Source: Nemertoderma westbladi
Lineage: Eukaryota; Animalia; Xenacoelomorpha
Assembly (NCBI GenBank): GCA_032718475.1
Contig: JAUCBJ010008979.1
Coordinates: 18,665 to 82,664, forward strand
Direction of reading: 5' to 3'
Length of the DNA: 64,000 bases
The notes beneath the pieces are model-generated. The model did not search any database, was not told where the DNA came from, and saw only the letters and a list, made by a program, of their open reading frames with translations. This document shows positions 1-11,100 of this stretch, one piece after another. Positions within the stretch are counted from its first letter, which is position 1. Every line of letters starts with the position of its first letter. Position numbers and translations under genes: made by a program.

Positions 1-171
1 TTATATTACATATTATAATGGATCTCATTCGACACTAAATGACGCAGTGGATGGTAATAATATCTCGGGTTATGAATGGGGGGGGGGGGGGGGGGGGTGG
101 AATTATTAAATAATTTATTATAGTTTGAATTGAATTGACGTCATGCTGTACATCAAAAACGTATGGCGTAG

Positions 172-525
172 TGTCACAACTGTATTATAATTTATGCACC
201 ACCTAGCGGCCAGTATCGGAATAACAATTAAAATACATTATCTTTCATTTACTGGTAGATGGCTCATTCAATTACATGTATAAAAGTAGCCAGAAGTCCT
301 TATAACAGTTGGTACCGGAAGAGAATATTACGATTATTATTAATTATCTTTAGAACACATAACTAACTTCAATTATAAAATACTGATAACGGATTACTAA
401 TGATACTGAAAACCTTTTTAATTTTATATATTATCTATATTATAATACGACGCTCCCTCACCCAGACTCTATCCGTACCCGCCGCACCCGCAGTCACTTC
501 AGCTGTCTCCTGGAGTGGTCTGACA
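172..525 (+). repeat. 5' LTR of Gypsy element
   Basis: TGTCACAAC...GGTCTGACA, repeated at 7362-7715; TATAAAA at 279-285. Confidence 0.97.
196..212 (-). promoter_or_regulatory. CTCF-like motif in Gypsy LTR (second copy 7386-7402)
   Basis: Minus strand TGGCCGCTAGGTGGTGC resembles the CTCF core consensus (CCACYAGRKGGCRC). Confidence 0.45.
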
Positions 526-543
526 TGGAGGTCCCACCGAGAT
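526..543 (+). other. Primer-binding site complementary to tRNA-Gln 3' end
   Basis: TGGAGGTCCCACCGAGAT directly after the LTR is the reverse complement of the metazoan tRNA-Gln end ...ATCTCGGTGGGACCTCCA. Confidence 0.85.
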
Positions 544-615
544 GAACTCATAGATCGACACCGAGATAAACTCATAGATCGACACCGAGATGAACTCATA
601 GATCGACACCGAGAT
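535..615 (+). repeat. 24-bp tandem repeat (3 copies plus a partial) overlapping the PBS
   Basis: CACCGAGATRAACTCATAGATCGA at 535, 559, 583; partial copy at 607. Confidence 0.95.
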
Positions 616-708
616 CGAGAGAAAATCAATCTGATAACGACACTGGCCACACAACCAGTTGATCCGACTGAGAACAAGCTACAGTATACGATAAAATACT
701 TTCTCACA

Positions 709-1860
709 ATGGCTTACGGAGGATTAGAAGAAGATCTGTTACTAGGAGACACAGATACCCCAACTGTATCGTTTAGAGAACAACCTATTTCTGGTGAGCG
801 TCTAGGTCGTAGACTATTTTCTGATCCAGGTACAGTACATGCGAATTCTATAGTAAATAGAATTAATGATAACAATAATACTCACATATTTGTAAAACCA
901 AGTAAATATAGTGGTGATAAAACTCTCCCAGGGGATACTGATGTACCACCCGTGGACGTATGGTTAGGAAGTTTTGAGCGGGCCGCAATAGCAAACAATT
1001 GGTCGTTAGGTAAATGTACAACAGTTTTACCAGGATATTTAGAGGGAAAAGCGGGCAGATGGTACGACCAAAATATCGGGCGTTTGGAGTTACTTCCCTT
1101 CCAGGAACTTAAACAACAATTGTTGTTACGTTTTAGCCATGGTGAGAGTCAAACTTATTATTATACTATTTTTTCAGCTATGAAACAGGAAACGGATGAG
1201 AGTGTAGACGATTTTTATGAAAGACTTATGCAAGTGGCAAAGCGTGCATTAAGTACTAGTAATAGTAGAGATATGCGAATTCGCGTGAGGGATAGATTTT
1301 TACATGGTTTACAGAAGGTAATTTTATCTAGAGTGAGTGAGAAAGTCAAAGCAACGGATGACTTAGATTCTGTGGTTGCTATAGCGCGGCACATAGAGCA
1401 AAGTGTGAGGCTTGAAAACCCAAACTTGTCCTTGCCACTGACTCGAGCAGATTTGGACCAGGTATTCAATCCCAATACAGTAGTAAGCAGTTATAGAGAA
1501 ACTAATAGAGATCAAGCTAATAAGGATAGTAATTCCCAGTCTTTAACTCACCGACTTGCAAATTTAGAAACGGCTGTTGACAAACTTGTAACTGCACTAG
1601 ACCGGCAAACAGTAGGTCCCTTAGCACAAAATAATAAGGCAACTATCGTTTGTGACATTTGTTTTAAAGCTGGCCATAAAACTATCGATTGCTTTCGGCA
1701 TCCAAACCGGCAAAATCAACATTTATCTTATTATCCACCACCGCCAAGATTTAACCGTTTTAATGGCCACAGTAGTAATCCAAGTGGGGTAAACAGGGGA
1801 CAAAGTAATTTTCAACAGAGTAGAACTTGGCGACAACAAAATTACAACGGCCATCCGTAG
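709..1860 (+). CDS. gag: Gypsy Gag (capsid-like region, CCHC zinc knuckle, N/Q-rich tail)
   Basis: ORF 400-1860 begins inside the LTR; first ATG after the PBS is 709 (MAYGG); WLGSFERAA..NNW and Q..DESVDDFYERL Gag-like motifs; CDICFKAGHKTIDC knuckle. Confidence 0.9.
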   Translation: MAYGGLEEDLLLGDTDTPTVSFREQPISGERLGRRLFSDPGTVHANSIVNRINDNNNTHIFVKPSKYSGDKTLPGDTDVPPVDVWLGSFERAAIANNWSLGKCTTVLPGYLEGKAGRWYDQNIGRLELLPFQELKQQLLLRFSHGESQTYYYTIFSAMKQETDESVDDFYERLMQVAKRALSTSNSRDMRIRVRDRFLHGLQKVILSRVSEKVKATDDLDSVVAIARHIEQSVRLENPNLSLPLTRADLDQVFNPNTVVSSYRETNRDQANKDSNSQSLTHRLANLETAVDKLVTALDRQTVGPLAQNNKATIVCDICFKAGHKTIDCFRHPNRQNQHLSYYPPPPRFNRFNGHSSNPSGVNRGQSNFQQSRTWRQQNYNGHP

Positions 1861-4800
1861 CAACACCAGCTTTATAATAGTTATTCTCCTGTTGATTCAC
1901 GCAATGAGTATTATCAATCTGAATCTAGACCTTATTATAACAGAAATACCGATAGAAATATATCACACCAAAATAATGGTAATAATAGGAATTATACAGT
2001 ACACCCCAGTGATAATACAATAAGAAACACAGCTCCAATACATAATCAAAATACATCACCAGTTGGTAATCCTACATTTTTCCCAAGCAACAGGCATCCC
2101 CCACCGTCATCTTTCAATAATAAGACTGTAATAGTGAATTTTACTGAAACACCCCCTCATGATATGTTCCTTGACGTAATTTTAGAGGGCCGTTATATTG
2201 AGTCAGGTGTCGTAGATACAGGCGCCCAAACTACTATGATTAGCGAACGATTGCTAAATAAAGTACAACCGGGTACAGTAATTGAACAAATTGGAATATA
2301 TCTACGGGATTTTGCGGGAACGACCATCCCTATTTTAGGTGCCGTTTGGTTAAACATTGAAGCGGGAGGGCGTACAGCGTTGGTTCGTGCTTTAGTTGCC
2401 AAAGAGTTAGAGTGTAATTCTGGAATTATTTTGGGCTTGAGAACATTAGGTGCATTACGTGTACATATTAACTGCAGTGAGAGAAAAGTATTTCAGGAAG
2501 CAGTAAGTCAATTAGAAGAGACAGAACCTATTATTGCCCAGGAAATTAATTCACCACCTTTACTTAGTAATACAAACCCCTTTTCACCCAATTATGTTAA
2601 TTCTCCATCAACAAACGCTAAAGTAGTTGCACAAGAAAATAGTGAGCCTAATACAAGCACGAGCAGTGAACATAAAAATAATACTACCAAGCATTTACAC
2701 GTCTTCCGTGTTGTCGCCGATCGAAATATTTTAATTCCACCAAACCACGAAGCTATAGTACATGGTCGACCAGTTGGTGTGGCATTAGGATGTAGGCCTA
2801 AGTCTAAGTCTAATGTAGTGGTAGGCTTATTTGAACCGAATGCAACTGGCTTAGGTAAGAATGGCTTAATAGGAGCTCGTACACTAAATACAGTAGACCA
2901 GGGTCTTATTTTGTGTCGCATTATGAATCCCAATAATAAGCGAATAATTCTTCAAAAGAATAGTCGAATAGGTGATCTTGAGCCACATACTGAAATAATA
3001 AATACTGCTACACCGAATGTAAATAAATTAGACTCACCAACTGACCCTGATGCGGACATAATATCTAAATTCCCTACTTTAGAAGACGACACACACACTA
3101 GAGCTTTACATGACGTCCTACTTAAGCACTACAATGTAATATCTAATAACGATTACGATGTAGGATATTGTGACTTAATTTCGCATGAAATTGATGCTGA
3201 TGGGCCTCCCATTCGTCAGAGACCGTACCGTATACCATACAAACACCGTGATTTCGTTGATGAAACCATTAAGACGATGATTAAAGAAAACGTGATTGAA
3301 GAAAGCTCTAGCCCATGGGCAAGTCCAGTAGTAATTGCACAAAAACCCGATGGAGGATTGCGATTTTGTGTTGACTACAGACGGCTAAACGCTCAAACTC
3401 GTATTCCTTTACACCCTTTGCCTAGAATAGATGAAGTGATTGATCAATTAGGTGGTAATGCATATTTTACCACTCTTGACTTAACGTGCGGTTATTGGCA
3501 TGTTCCAATAGCTGACAAAGATCGTGATAAAACTAGTTTCATCACAAACAGCGGCCAATGGAATTTCCGTCGCATGCCTTTTGGTTTGGCAGGAGCACCC
3601 AGTACATTTCAACGACTAATGTCAAAAGTTATAGGTAGATTAAGTAATAAAATTTGCCTCGTTTACTTAGATGACGTCATTATTTATTCGGAAACATTTG
3701 AACAACATTTACATGACATTGATAGTGTACTAGAGTGTATCGAAGCTGCAGGTTTAAAGCTAAAGCTACGAAAATGTACGTTTGCTGCAGAAAAGGTTAC
3801 ATATTTAGGTCATGAAATAACTGCGCAGGGAATAAAACCAGCTGTTAGGAATCTGCGAGCAGTAAGTGAGTTTCCACGGCCAACCGCAATAACTCAGGTT
3901 CGTCAATTTTTAGGACTTGCTTCATTTTACCGTAAGTTCATAAAGGATTTTGCGAAAATAGCTTCGCCGTTAGCACAGCTGTTACAGAAAAATGTAGTAT
4001 TCAGTTGGACAGCTGATAAGGAACAAGCATTTCAGACATTAAAAACGAAATTAACGAATCCACCTGTACTTGGTTTTCCTATTCTACCATCTACTGACTC
4101 AGAACCTTACTGTATTTCGACTTATCGGTTGATGACAGACGCCTCTATAGTTGGCTTAGGCGCCGTTCTAGAACAATTTCAAGGTGGTAAATATGTAATT
4201 ATAGGCTACGCAAGTAGATCTGTAAAACCAGCCGAGAAGAATTACAATATTACTGAATTGGAGGGTCTTGGAGTTGTCTGGGGTGTACATTACTTCAGAC
4301 ACTACTTGATTGGTACGAAATTCAAAATTATCACTGATCATTCTGCTTTGAAGCACATATTAGCAGTAAAAGAACCAACCGGACGGATAGCGCGATGGTG
4401 CTTAGCCTTGCAGCAGTACGATTTTGAAGTTGAACACCGGCCTGGAAAGCATCATTTTGCCCCCGATGCTTTGAGCAGAAATCCAGTATCAGCTTTTCAA
4501 CCAGATACCGACATCGATAACATACAAGTAGGTCCGGATATAAATATAAATAACAGGGAAATTATAAAACCTGACTCTAACCCCATTACTGTAAATGTTA
4601 TACGTGCTGGGCATGAAACTGAAAGGCGACCAAAGGAAAACAATAATTGTAAGAGTGCATGGCTATTAGCCATCGCAACCGATCCCACATTGGAAGCAAT
4701 CCAGCGCATGAAACTCAACGAGCAAGGTCCAGCATTGTCTGATATTAATTTCGTAGCTTTGAAGCGCTTAGCTACTTTAGTCTCTATTGACCAGTTAGGA

Positions 4801-6057
4801 TTTATGTACTATATTGGGCGTCGAGGTGAGGAAAATCTACAAGTAGTACCTAAACAGTTTCAGCAAGAAATAATTCGCACTTTTCACGATCAACCGTGTG
4901 GTGGACATTATGCGTTTAATAAAACTTATTATAAGGTTAGAAACAAATATTGGTGGATTACGATGCGAAAAGATATATTTAAGCACTGTCAAACTTGCTT
5001 ACCGTGTCAGTTGGCCAAAAGACCGCGATTAAAAATTGTGTCTCCACTGCACCCATTACCAATAGTAGGAAACCCTTTTGATAGGTGTGAACTAGATCTA
5101 CTTGGACCCTTTCATTCTTCTGCTTCCGGTAACCGTTTTATTTTATTGTTTACCGATAGTTTAACTAAGTGGCCGGAGGGCGTGGCAACCGCTAACAAAA
5201 GTGCAAATACAGTAGCTAAGGCATTTATAGACTTGGTGGTCAGTCGCCACGGTGCACCACGCGTATTACTTACCGACCAGGATTCGAATTTTTTATCTCG
5301 AATGTTCCAAAGTGTCACGCAAATGCTTGGAGTTGACCAAAAATCCGCAGTGATTTATCATCCACAAACCGTAGGGTTGGTAGAGCGATTAAATCAAACT
5401 CTAGTAACCATGCTGTCTATCTATACCGATTCTGACCAATTACACTGGGATGAGTGTCTCCCAGCTGTACTTTTTGCGTATCGCACTTCTATACATTCAA
5501 CTGTCAATCAAACTCCATTTTTCCTTACCTACGGTCGTGAAGCAACATTACCTTCAGATGCTGTTTTACTTAAAGCGACCGACAATGCTAGTTTAGATGA
5601 CTATACTAGACGACTAGCGAAAACAGTTTTGATCAGTAGGAAAAATGCAGAGTCATTACAAAAACAAGCTCAATCTAGATTCATTCGGAATTATAGTAAC
5701 AGTTACAACATAGTTGTACCGCAATATAAAGTAGGAAACTACGTATTCATAGAAGAAAGGGAATGTCCCGTTGGCTTGTCACGAAAGCTCAGAGCAAAAT
5801 ATCTTGGGCCTTACAGGGTACAGGCAATTGAAGGTGAAAATTTACGATTAACTAGGCCAGGTCGTAAAAGTGTAAGCACCCTTATTCACCCCAACATGGT
5901 AAAACCCTCGCGTTTACGCTACAGTCTGTCTGATACCAGCCCCGCTATTGAAACAGATGACAACCCAAACATTATAACAAACTATCTAAGCCCACAAGGA
6001 AATTCTACAGTTTCTAGTGTGGAATTATCTCTAGTAGACGAAAGTGAATTATCATGA
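1861..6057 (+). CDS. pol: Gypsy Pol polyprotein (protease, RT, RNase H, integrase), same frame as gag
   Basis: VVDTGA protease; SPWASP, FCVDYR, MPFGL, YLDD RT; TDAS..G.GAVL and NYNITELE RNase H; H..PCGGH...CLPC zinc finger, DLLGP/TDQ/ERLN DDE core, YLGPY. No stop between 1861 and the listed start at 2134. Confidence 0.95.
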   Translation, partial: QHQLYNSYSPVDSRNEYYQSESRPYYNRNTDRNISHQNNGNNRNYTVHPSDNTIRNTAPIHNQNTSPVGNPTFFPSNRHPPPSSFNNKTVIVNFTETPPHDMFLDVILEGRYIESGVVDTGAQTTMISERLLNKVQPGTVIEQIGIYLRDFAGTTIPILGAVWLNIEAGGRTALVRALVAKELECNSGIILGLRTLGALRVHINCSERKVFQEAVSQLEETEPIIAQEINSPPLLSNTNPFSPNYVNSPSTNAKVVAQENSEPNTSTSSEHKNNTTKHLHVFRVVADRNILIPPNHEAIVHGRPVGVALGCRPKSKSNVVVGLFEPNATGLGKNGLIGARTLNTVDQGLILCRIMNPNNKRIILQKNSRIGDLEPHTEIINTATPNVNKLDSPTDPDADIISKFPTLEDDTHTRALHDVLLKHYNVISNNDYDVGYCDLISHEIDADGPPIRQRPYRIPYKHRDFVDETIKTMIKENVIEESSSPWASPVVIAQKPDGGLRFCVDYRRLNAQTRIPLHPLPRIDEVIDQLGGNAYFTTLDLTCGYWHVPIADKDRDKTSFITNSGQWNFRRMPFGLAGAPSTFQRLMSKVIGRLSNKICLVYLDDVIIYSETFEQHLHDIDSVLECIEAAGLKLKLRKCTFAAEKVTYLGHEITAQGIKPAVRNLRAVSEFPRPTAITQVRQFLGLASFYRKFIKDFAKIASPLAQLLQKNVVFSWTADKEQAFQTLKTKLTNPPVLGFPILPSTDSEPYCISTYRLMTDASIVGLGAVLEQFQGGKYVIIGYASRSVKPAEKNYNITELEGLGVVWGVHYFRHYLIGTKFKIITDHSALKHILAVKEPTGRIARWCLALQQYDFEVEHRPGKHHFAPDALSRNPVSAFQPDTDIDNIQVGPDININNREIIKPDSNPITVNVIRAGHETERRPKENNNCKSAWLLAIATDPTLEAIQRMKLNEQGPALSDINFVALKRLATLVSIDQLGFMYYIGRRGEENLQVVPKQFQQEIIRTFHDQPCGGHYAFNKTYYKVRNKYWWITMRKDIFKHCQTCLPCQLAKRPRLKIVSPLHPLPIVGNPFDRCELDLLGPFHSSASGNRFILLFTDSLTKWPEGVATANKSANTVAKAFIDLVVSRHGAPRVLLTDQDSNFLSRMFQSVTQMLGVDQKSAVIYHPQTVGLVERLNQTLVTMLSIYTDSDQLHWDECLPAVLFAYRTSIHSTVNQTPFFLTYGREATLPSDAVLLKATDNASLDDYTRRLAKTVLISRKNAESLQKQAQSRFIRNYSNSYNIVVPQYKVGNYVFIEERECPVGLSRKLRAKYLGPYRVQAIEGENLRLTRPGRKSVSTLIHPNMVKPSRLRYSLSDTSPAIETDDNPNIITNYLSPQGNSTVSSVELSLVDESELS

Positions 6058-7351
6058 AAATTGAAATCATTTAATAATCATGAGAAACATTGTTATCATT
6101 AATCATGTAACCTCGTGTAATCATATAATCATTAATCATGTAACCTTAATTTTAATCGTGTATTATGTTATTTTTGACTTATAAATGAAGCCAATTGTAA
6201 GAAGTTATAAAGGACTCATAACTGTGTAATGTTTTAACGTTATACTGTAGAAATATCGGTATTGAAATAGTGAATTAGACCTACAGTAGCCTAGTTGTTA
6301 TCCGCATGTCATTATTTTACATTTATATTCTAGTTGCTCTGAATACCCATTTATCATAAAATAGTGTCACATATTTTCTATTTTAGTTATCCATTAAGTA
6401 TACTGTGCTACAGTGCATGATTAATATTATAATACTATTGATATAATGTCATTATACTGTAGTATCGTTTTCAATTGCAAAAATAAATATGTAGGCCTAA
6501 TTGTAAAGATAATTTAAAGATAAATTGTTATAAAGATACTTATTGTACTTATATTACGTAAATTTAATGTTTGAATAAAGTGATTCTTTATTGTGTTAAG
6601 AGTAATTTACCGACCGTGTCTTTGAATAAAGTTTTAGTGTTATTTAAAACAATTAGAAATAAAGTGAATACGAGAACAGTATGTGTCAAACTGTGCAATG
6701 AGTATCCAGTACAGTAGAGGCGAAAACTCCGTTGTCTTAATTATTGCAATTTTTATGTTATCAAGTTTGATTTAATTTAATCATTTCATTATTTTGCTGT
6801 AATTTTCTTACAGATATTTGATTGACATTATTTTTGAGTTCTAGGATTTTCAGATGTAGTTATTTCAAAAGCTTATATGTGAAGGTAGTAGACTGTCTGT
6901 GAAATAGGCAAATTCAACGAATTTGTAATTTCATATTTAAATTAAAGGTCGACACAGCTTTTTGCCTCAGGATATTTTCCTACAGTATGTCACTTTCTTA
7001 ATAATAATTTGTCACTTTCTTAATAATAATTGTAAGTAAATAAGTTTAAATGGTAACTGGAAATCAAACAATGTATTTATTTTTTTACAACAATTTTATT
7101 GACTTTACTTTAATTGACATGTTTTTGATAATCATATGTGATGTTAAACATACTGTAGTTTACAACTGTGGTTTCGGTACCATAATGTACTATTTACGGC
7201 ATGTCGAATGTTCTATAGATCCCTATGTAGTTGAAAGAGCCAACATATATTTTATATTTATTAGCTTTCATATGAAAATTAAAATGAATAACAGCAAAAT
7301 GTCTATAACTGTAAGATAAGAAGTTCTGCAACACGGGGACGTGTTGATTGA

Positions 7352-7361
7352 TGGAGGGGAG
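7352..7361 (+). other. Polypurine tract of Gypsy element
   Basis: TGGAGGGGAG immediately before the 3' LTR TGT. Confidence 0.85.
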
Positions 7362-7715
7362 TGTCACAACTGTATTATAATTTATGCACCACCTAGCGGC
7401 CAGTATCGGAATAACAATTAAAATACATTATCTTTCATTTACTGGTAGATGGCTCATTCAATTACATGTATAAAAGTAGCCAGAAGTCCTTATAACAGTT
7501 GGTACCGGAAGAGAATATTACGATTATTATTAATTATCTTTAGAACACATAACTAACTTCAATTATAAAATACTGATAACGGATTACTAATGATACTGAA
7601 AACCTTTTTAATTTTATATATTATCTATATTATAATACGACGCTCCCTCACCCAGACTCTATCCGTACCCGCCGCACCCGCAGTCACTTCAGCTGTCTCC
7701 TGGAGTGGTCTGACA
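7362..7715 (+). repeat. 3' LTR of Gypsy element
   Basis: Identical to 172-525; followed by TSD GTAG. Confidence 0.97.
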
Positions 7716-8191
7716 GTAGGGCCATAATGGAATGTCGCACATCGATATTAAATTGGGAAATATCATTATATCGCCCTGCCGCATTTAGTAGTGGGAAAAT
7801 ATTTCCACTCAAATACTAAAAAAAATATTTTTTATTTTTTCTTCTAGGAGTTACCTTATTTGTTTGAAAATGAAGTTTTGGTCTTGATTTGATGATTTTC
7901 CGGAATAACATTCATCCTTCAGTTTGAATAATACAAAAATGTATACTAGACTAAATATCTACATTAACAATATCGGACAGTACATACTGTATATAAGGTT
8001 CTGTTGCAAATAAGTTCTGGAATTGAAAATCACTTTTTTAGATGAACACAACAAATAGATCTATAAACAAAGTGTTATTATTATTATATTCATCTTATCG
8101 CAGCGGCTTCAGACAGATTATACTGTAGGTATATCTTCTACAAATGTTAAGATTTCCACTTCGGTAACGTCAACAATAAAAACAGCATCGC

Positions 8192-11100
8192 AACATACAG
8201 AGCCAAGCAAGTCACGGGAATTACCGAGAAAAGTGAAAGAAACATACGGAGAGCCAAGCAAGAAATGAGAAATACCGAGAAACGTGAAAGAAACATACGG
8301 AGAGTCAAGCAAGTCACGGAAATTACCGAGAAACGTGAAAGAAACATACGGAGAGCCAAGCAAGAAATGAGAATTACCAAGAAACGTGAAAGAAACATAC
8401 GGAGAGTCAAGCAAGTCACGGAAATTACCGAGAAACGTGAAAGAAACATACGGAGAGCCAAGCAAGAAATGAGAATTACCAAGAAACGTGAAAGAAACAT
8501 ACGGAGAGTCAAGCAAGTCACGGAAATTACCGAGAAACGTGAAAGAAACATACGGAGAGCCAAGCAAGACACGGGAATTACCGAGAAACGTGAAAGAAAC
8601 ATACGGAGAGCCAAGCAAGACACGGGAATTACCGAGAAACGTGAAAGAAACATACGGAGAGCCAAGCAAGAAATGAGAATTACCAAGAAACGTGAAAGAA
8701 ACATACGGAGAGTCAAGCAAGTCACGGAAATTACCGAGAAACGTGAAAGAAACATACGGAGAGCCAAGCAAGACACGGGAATTACCGAGAAACGTGAAAG
8801 AAACATACGGAGAGCCAAGCAAGAAATAAGAATTACCAAGAAACGTGAAAGAAACATACGGAGAGTCAAGCAAGTCACGGAAATTACCGAGAAACGTGAA
8901 AGAAACATACGGAGAGCCAAGCAAGAAATGAGAATTACCAAGAAACGTGAAAGAAACATACGGAGAGCCAAGCAAGAAATGAGAAATACCGAGAAACGTG
9001 AAAGAAACATACAGAGCCAAGCAAGACACGGGAATTACCGAGAAACGTGAAAGAAACATACGGAGAGCCAAGCAAGAAATGAGAAATACCGAGAAACGTG
9101 AAAGAAACATACAGAGCCAAGCAAGACACGGGAATTACCGAGAAACGTGAAAGAAACATACGGAGAGCCAAGCAAGAAATGAGAATTACCAAGAAACGTG
9201 AAAGAAACATACGGAGAGTCAAGCAAGTCACGGAAATTACCGAGAAACGTGAAAGAAACATACGGAGAGCCAAGCAAGAAATGAGAATTACCAAGAAACG
9301 TGAAAGAAACATACGGAGAGCCAAGCAAGAAATGAGAAATACCGAGAAACGTGAAAGAAACATACAGAGCCAAGCAAGACACGGGAATTACCGAGAAACG
9401 TGAAAGAAACATACGGAGAGCCAAGCAAGAAATGAGAAATACCAAGAAACGTGAAAGAAACATAAGGAGAGCCAAGCAAGAAATGAGAAATACCAAGAAA
9501 CGTGAAAGAAACATACGGAGAGCCAAGCAAGAAATGAGAAATACCAAGAAACGTGAAAGAAACATAAGGAGAGCCAAGCAAGAAATGAGAATTACCAAGA
9601 AACGTGAAAGAAACATACGGAGAGCCAAGCAAGAAATTAGAATTACCGAGAAACGTGAAAGAAACATACAGAGCCAAGCAAGACACGGGAATTACCGAGA
9701 AACGTGAAAGAAACATACGGAGAGCCAAGCAAGAAATGAGAATTACCAAGAAACGTGAAAGAAACATACGGAGAGCCAAGCAAGAAATGAAAATTACCAA
9801 GAAACATGAAAGAAACATACGGAGAGCCAAGCAAGAAATGAAAATTACCAAGAAACGTGAAAGAAACATAAGGAGAGCCAAGCAAGAAATGAGAAATACC
9901 AAGAAACGTGAAAGAAACATACGGAGAGCCAAGCAAGAAATGAGAAATACCGAGAAACGTGAAAGAAACATACGGAGAGCCAAGCAAGAAATGAGAAATA
10001 CCGAGAAACGTGAAAGAAACATACAGAGCCAAGCAAGACACGGGAATTACCGAGAAACGTGAAAGAAACATACGGAGAGCCAAGCAAGAAATGAGAAATA
10101 CCGAGAAACGTGAAAGAAACATACAGAGCCAAGCAAGACACGGGAATTACCGAGAAACGTGAAAGAAACATACGGAGAGCCAAGCAAGAAATGAGAATTA
10201 CCAAGAAACGTGAAAGAAACATACGGAGAGTCAAGCAAGTCACGGAAATTACCGAGAAACGTGAAAGAAACATACGGAGAGCCAAGCAAGAAATGAGAAT
10301 TACCAAGAAACGTGAAAGAAACATACGGAGAGCCAAGCAAGAAATGAGAAATACCGAGAAACGTGAAAGAAACATACAGAGCCAAGCAAGACACGGGAAT
10401 TACCGAGAAACGTGAAAGAAACATACGGAGAGCCAAGCAAGAAATGAGAAATACCAAGAAACGTGAAAGAAACATAAGGAGAGCCAAGCAAGAAATGAGA
10501 AATACCAAGAAACGTGAAAGAAACATACGGAGAGCCAAGCAAGAAATGAGAAATACCAAGAAACGTGAAAGAAACATAAGGAGAGCCAAGCAAGAAATGA
10601 GAATTACCAAGAAACGTGAAAGAAACATACGGAGAGCCAAGCAAGAAATGAGAATTACCAAGAAACGTGAAAGAAACATACGGAGAGCCAAGCAAGAAAT
10701 TAGAATTACCGAGAAAAGTGAAAGAAACATACGGAGATACAAGCAAGAAATGAGAAATACCAAGAAACGTGAAAGAAACATAAGGAGAGCCAAGCAAGAA
10801 ATGAGAATTACCAAGAAACGTGAAAGAAACATACGGAGAGCCAAGCAAGAAATTAGAATTACCGAGAAACGTGAAAGAAACATACAGAGCCAAGCAAGAC
10901 ACGGGAATTACCGAGAAACGTGAAAGAAACATACGGAGAGCAAAGCAAGACACGGGAATTACCGAGAAACGTGAAAGAAACATACGGAGAGCCAAGCAAG
11001 AAATGAGAATTACCAAGAAACGTGAAAGAAACATACGGAGAGCCAAGCAAGTCACGGAAATTACCGAGAAACGTGAAAGAAACATACGGAGAGACAAGCA

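Larger units (their letters stand above)
172..7715 (+). mobile_element. Full-length Ty3/Gypsy LTR retrotransposon, very recent insertion
   Basis: Two 354-bp TG...CA LTRs identical by eye; 4-bp TSD GTAG (168-171 / 7716-7719); PBS and PPT present; gag with zinc knuckle; pol order PR-RT-RH-IN. Confidence 0.97.

Noticed and set aside
400-708. N-terminal extension of the 486-aa gag ORF
   Set aside because: Starts inside the LTR and runs through the PBS and 24-bp repeats; ATG 709 is the more plausible start
6058-7361. env-like third ORF in the Gypsy 3' region (e.g. 7050-7319)
   Set aside because: AT-rich with many stops; only an 89-aa ORF with no envelope features
8118-8200. Minus-strand CCDAVFIVDVTEV resembling a vWA first strand
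   Set aside because: Lacks the DxSxS MIDAS motif and stops after about 25 residues
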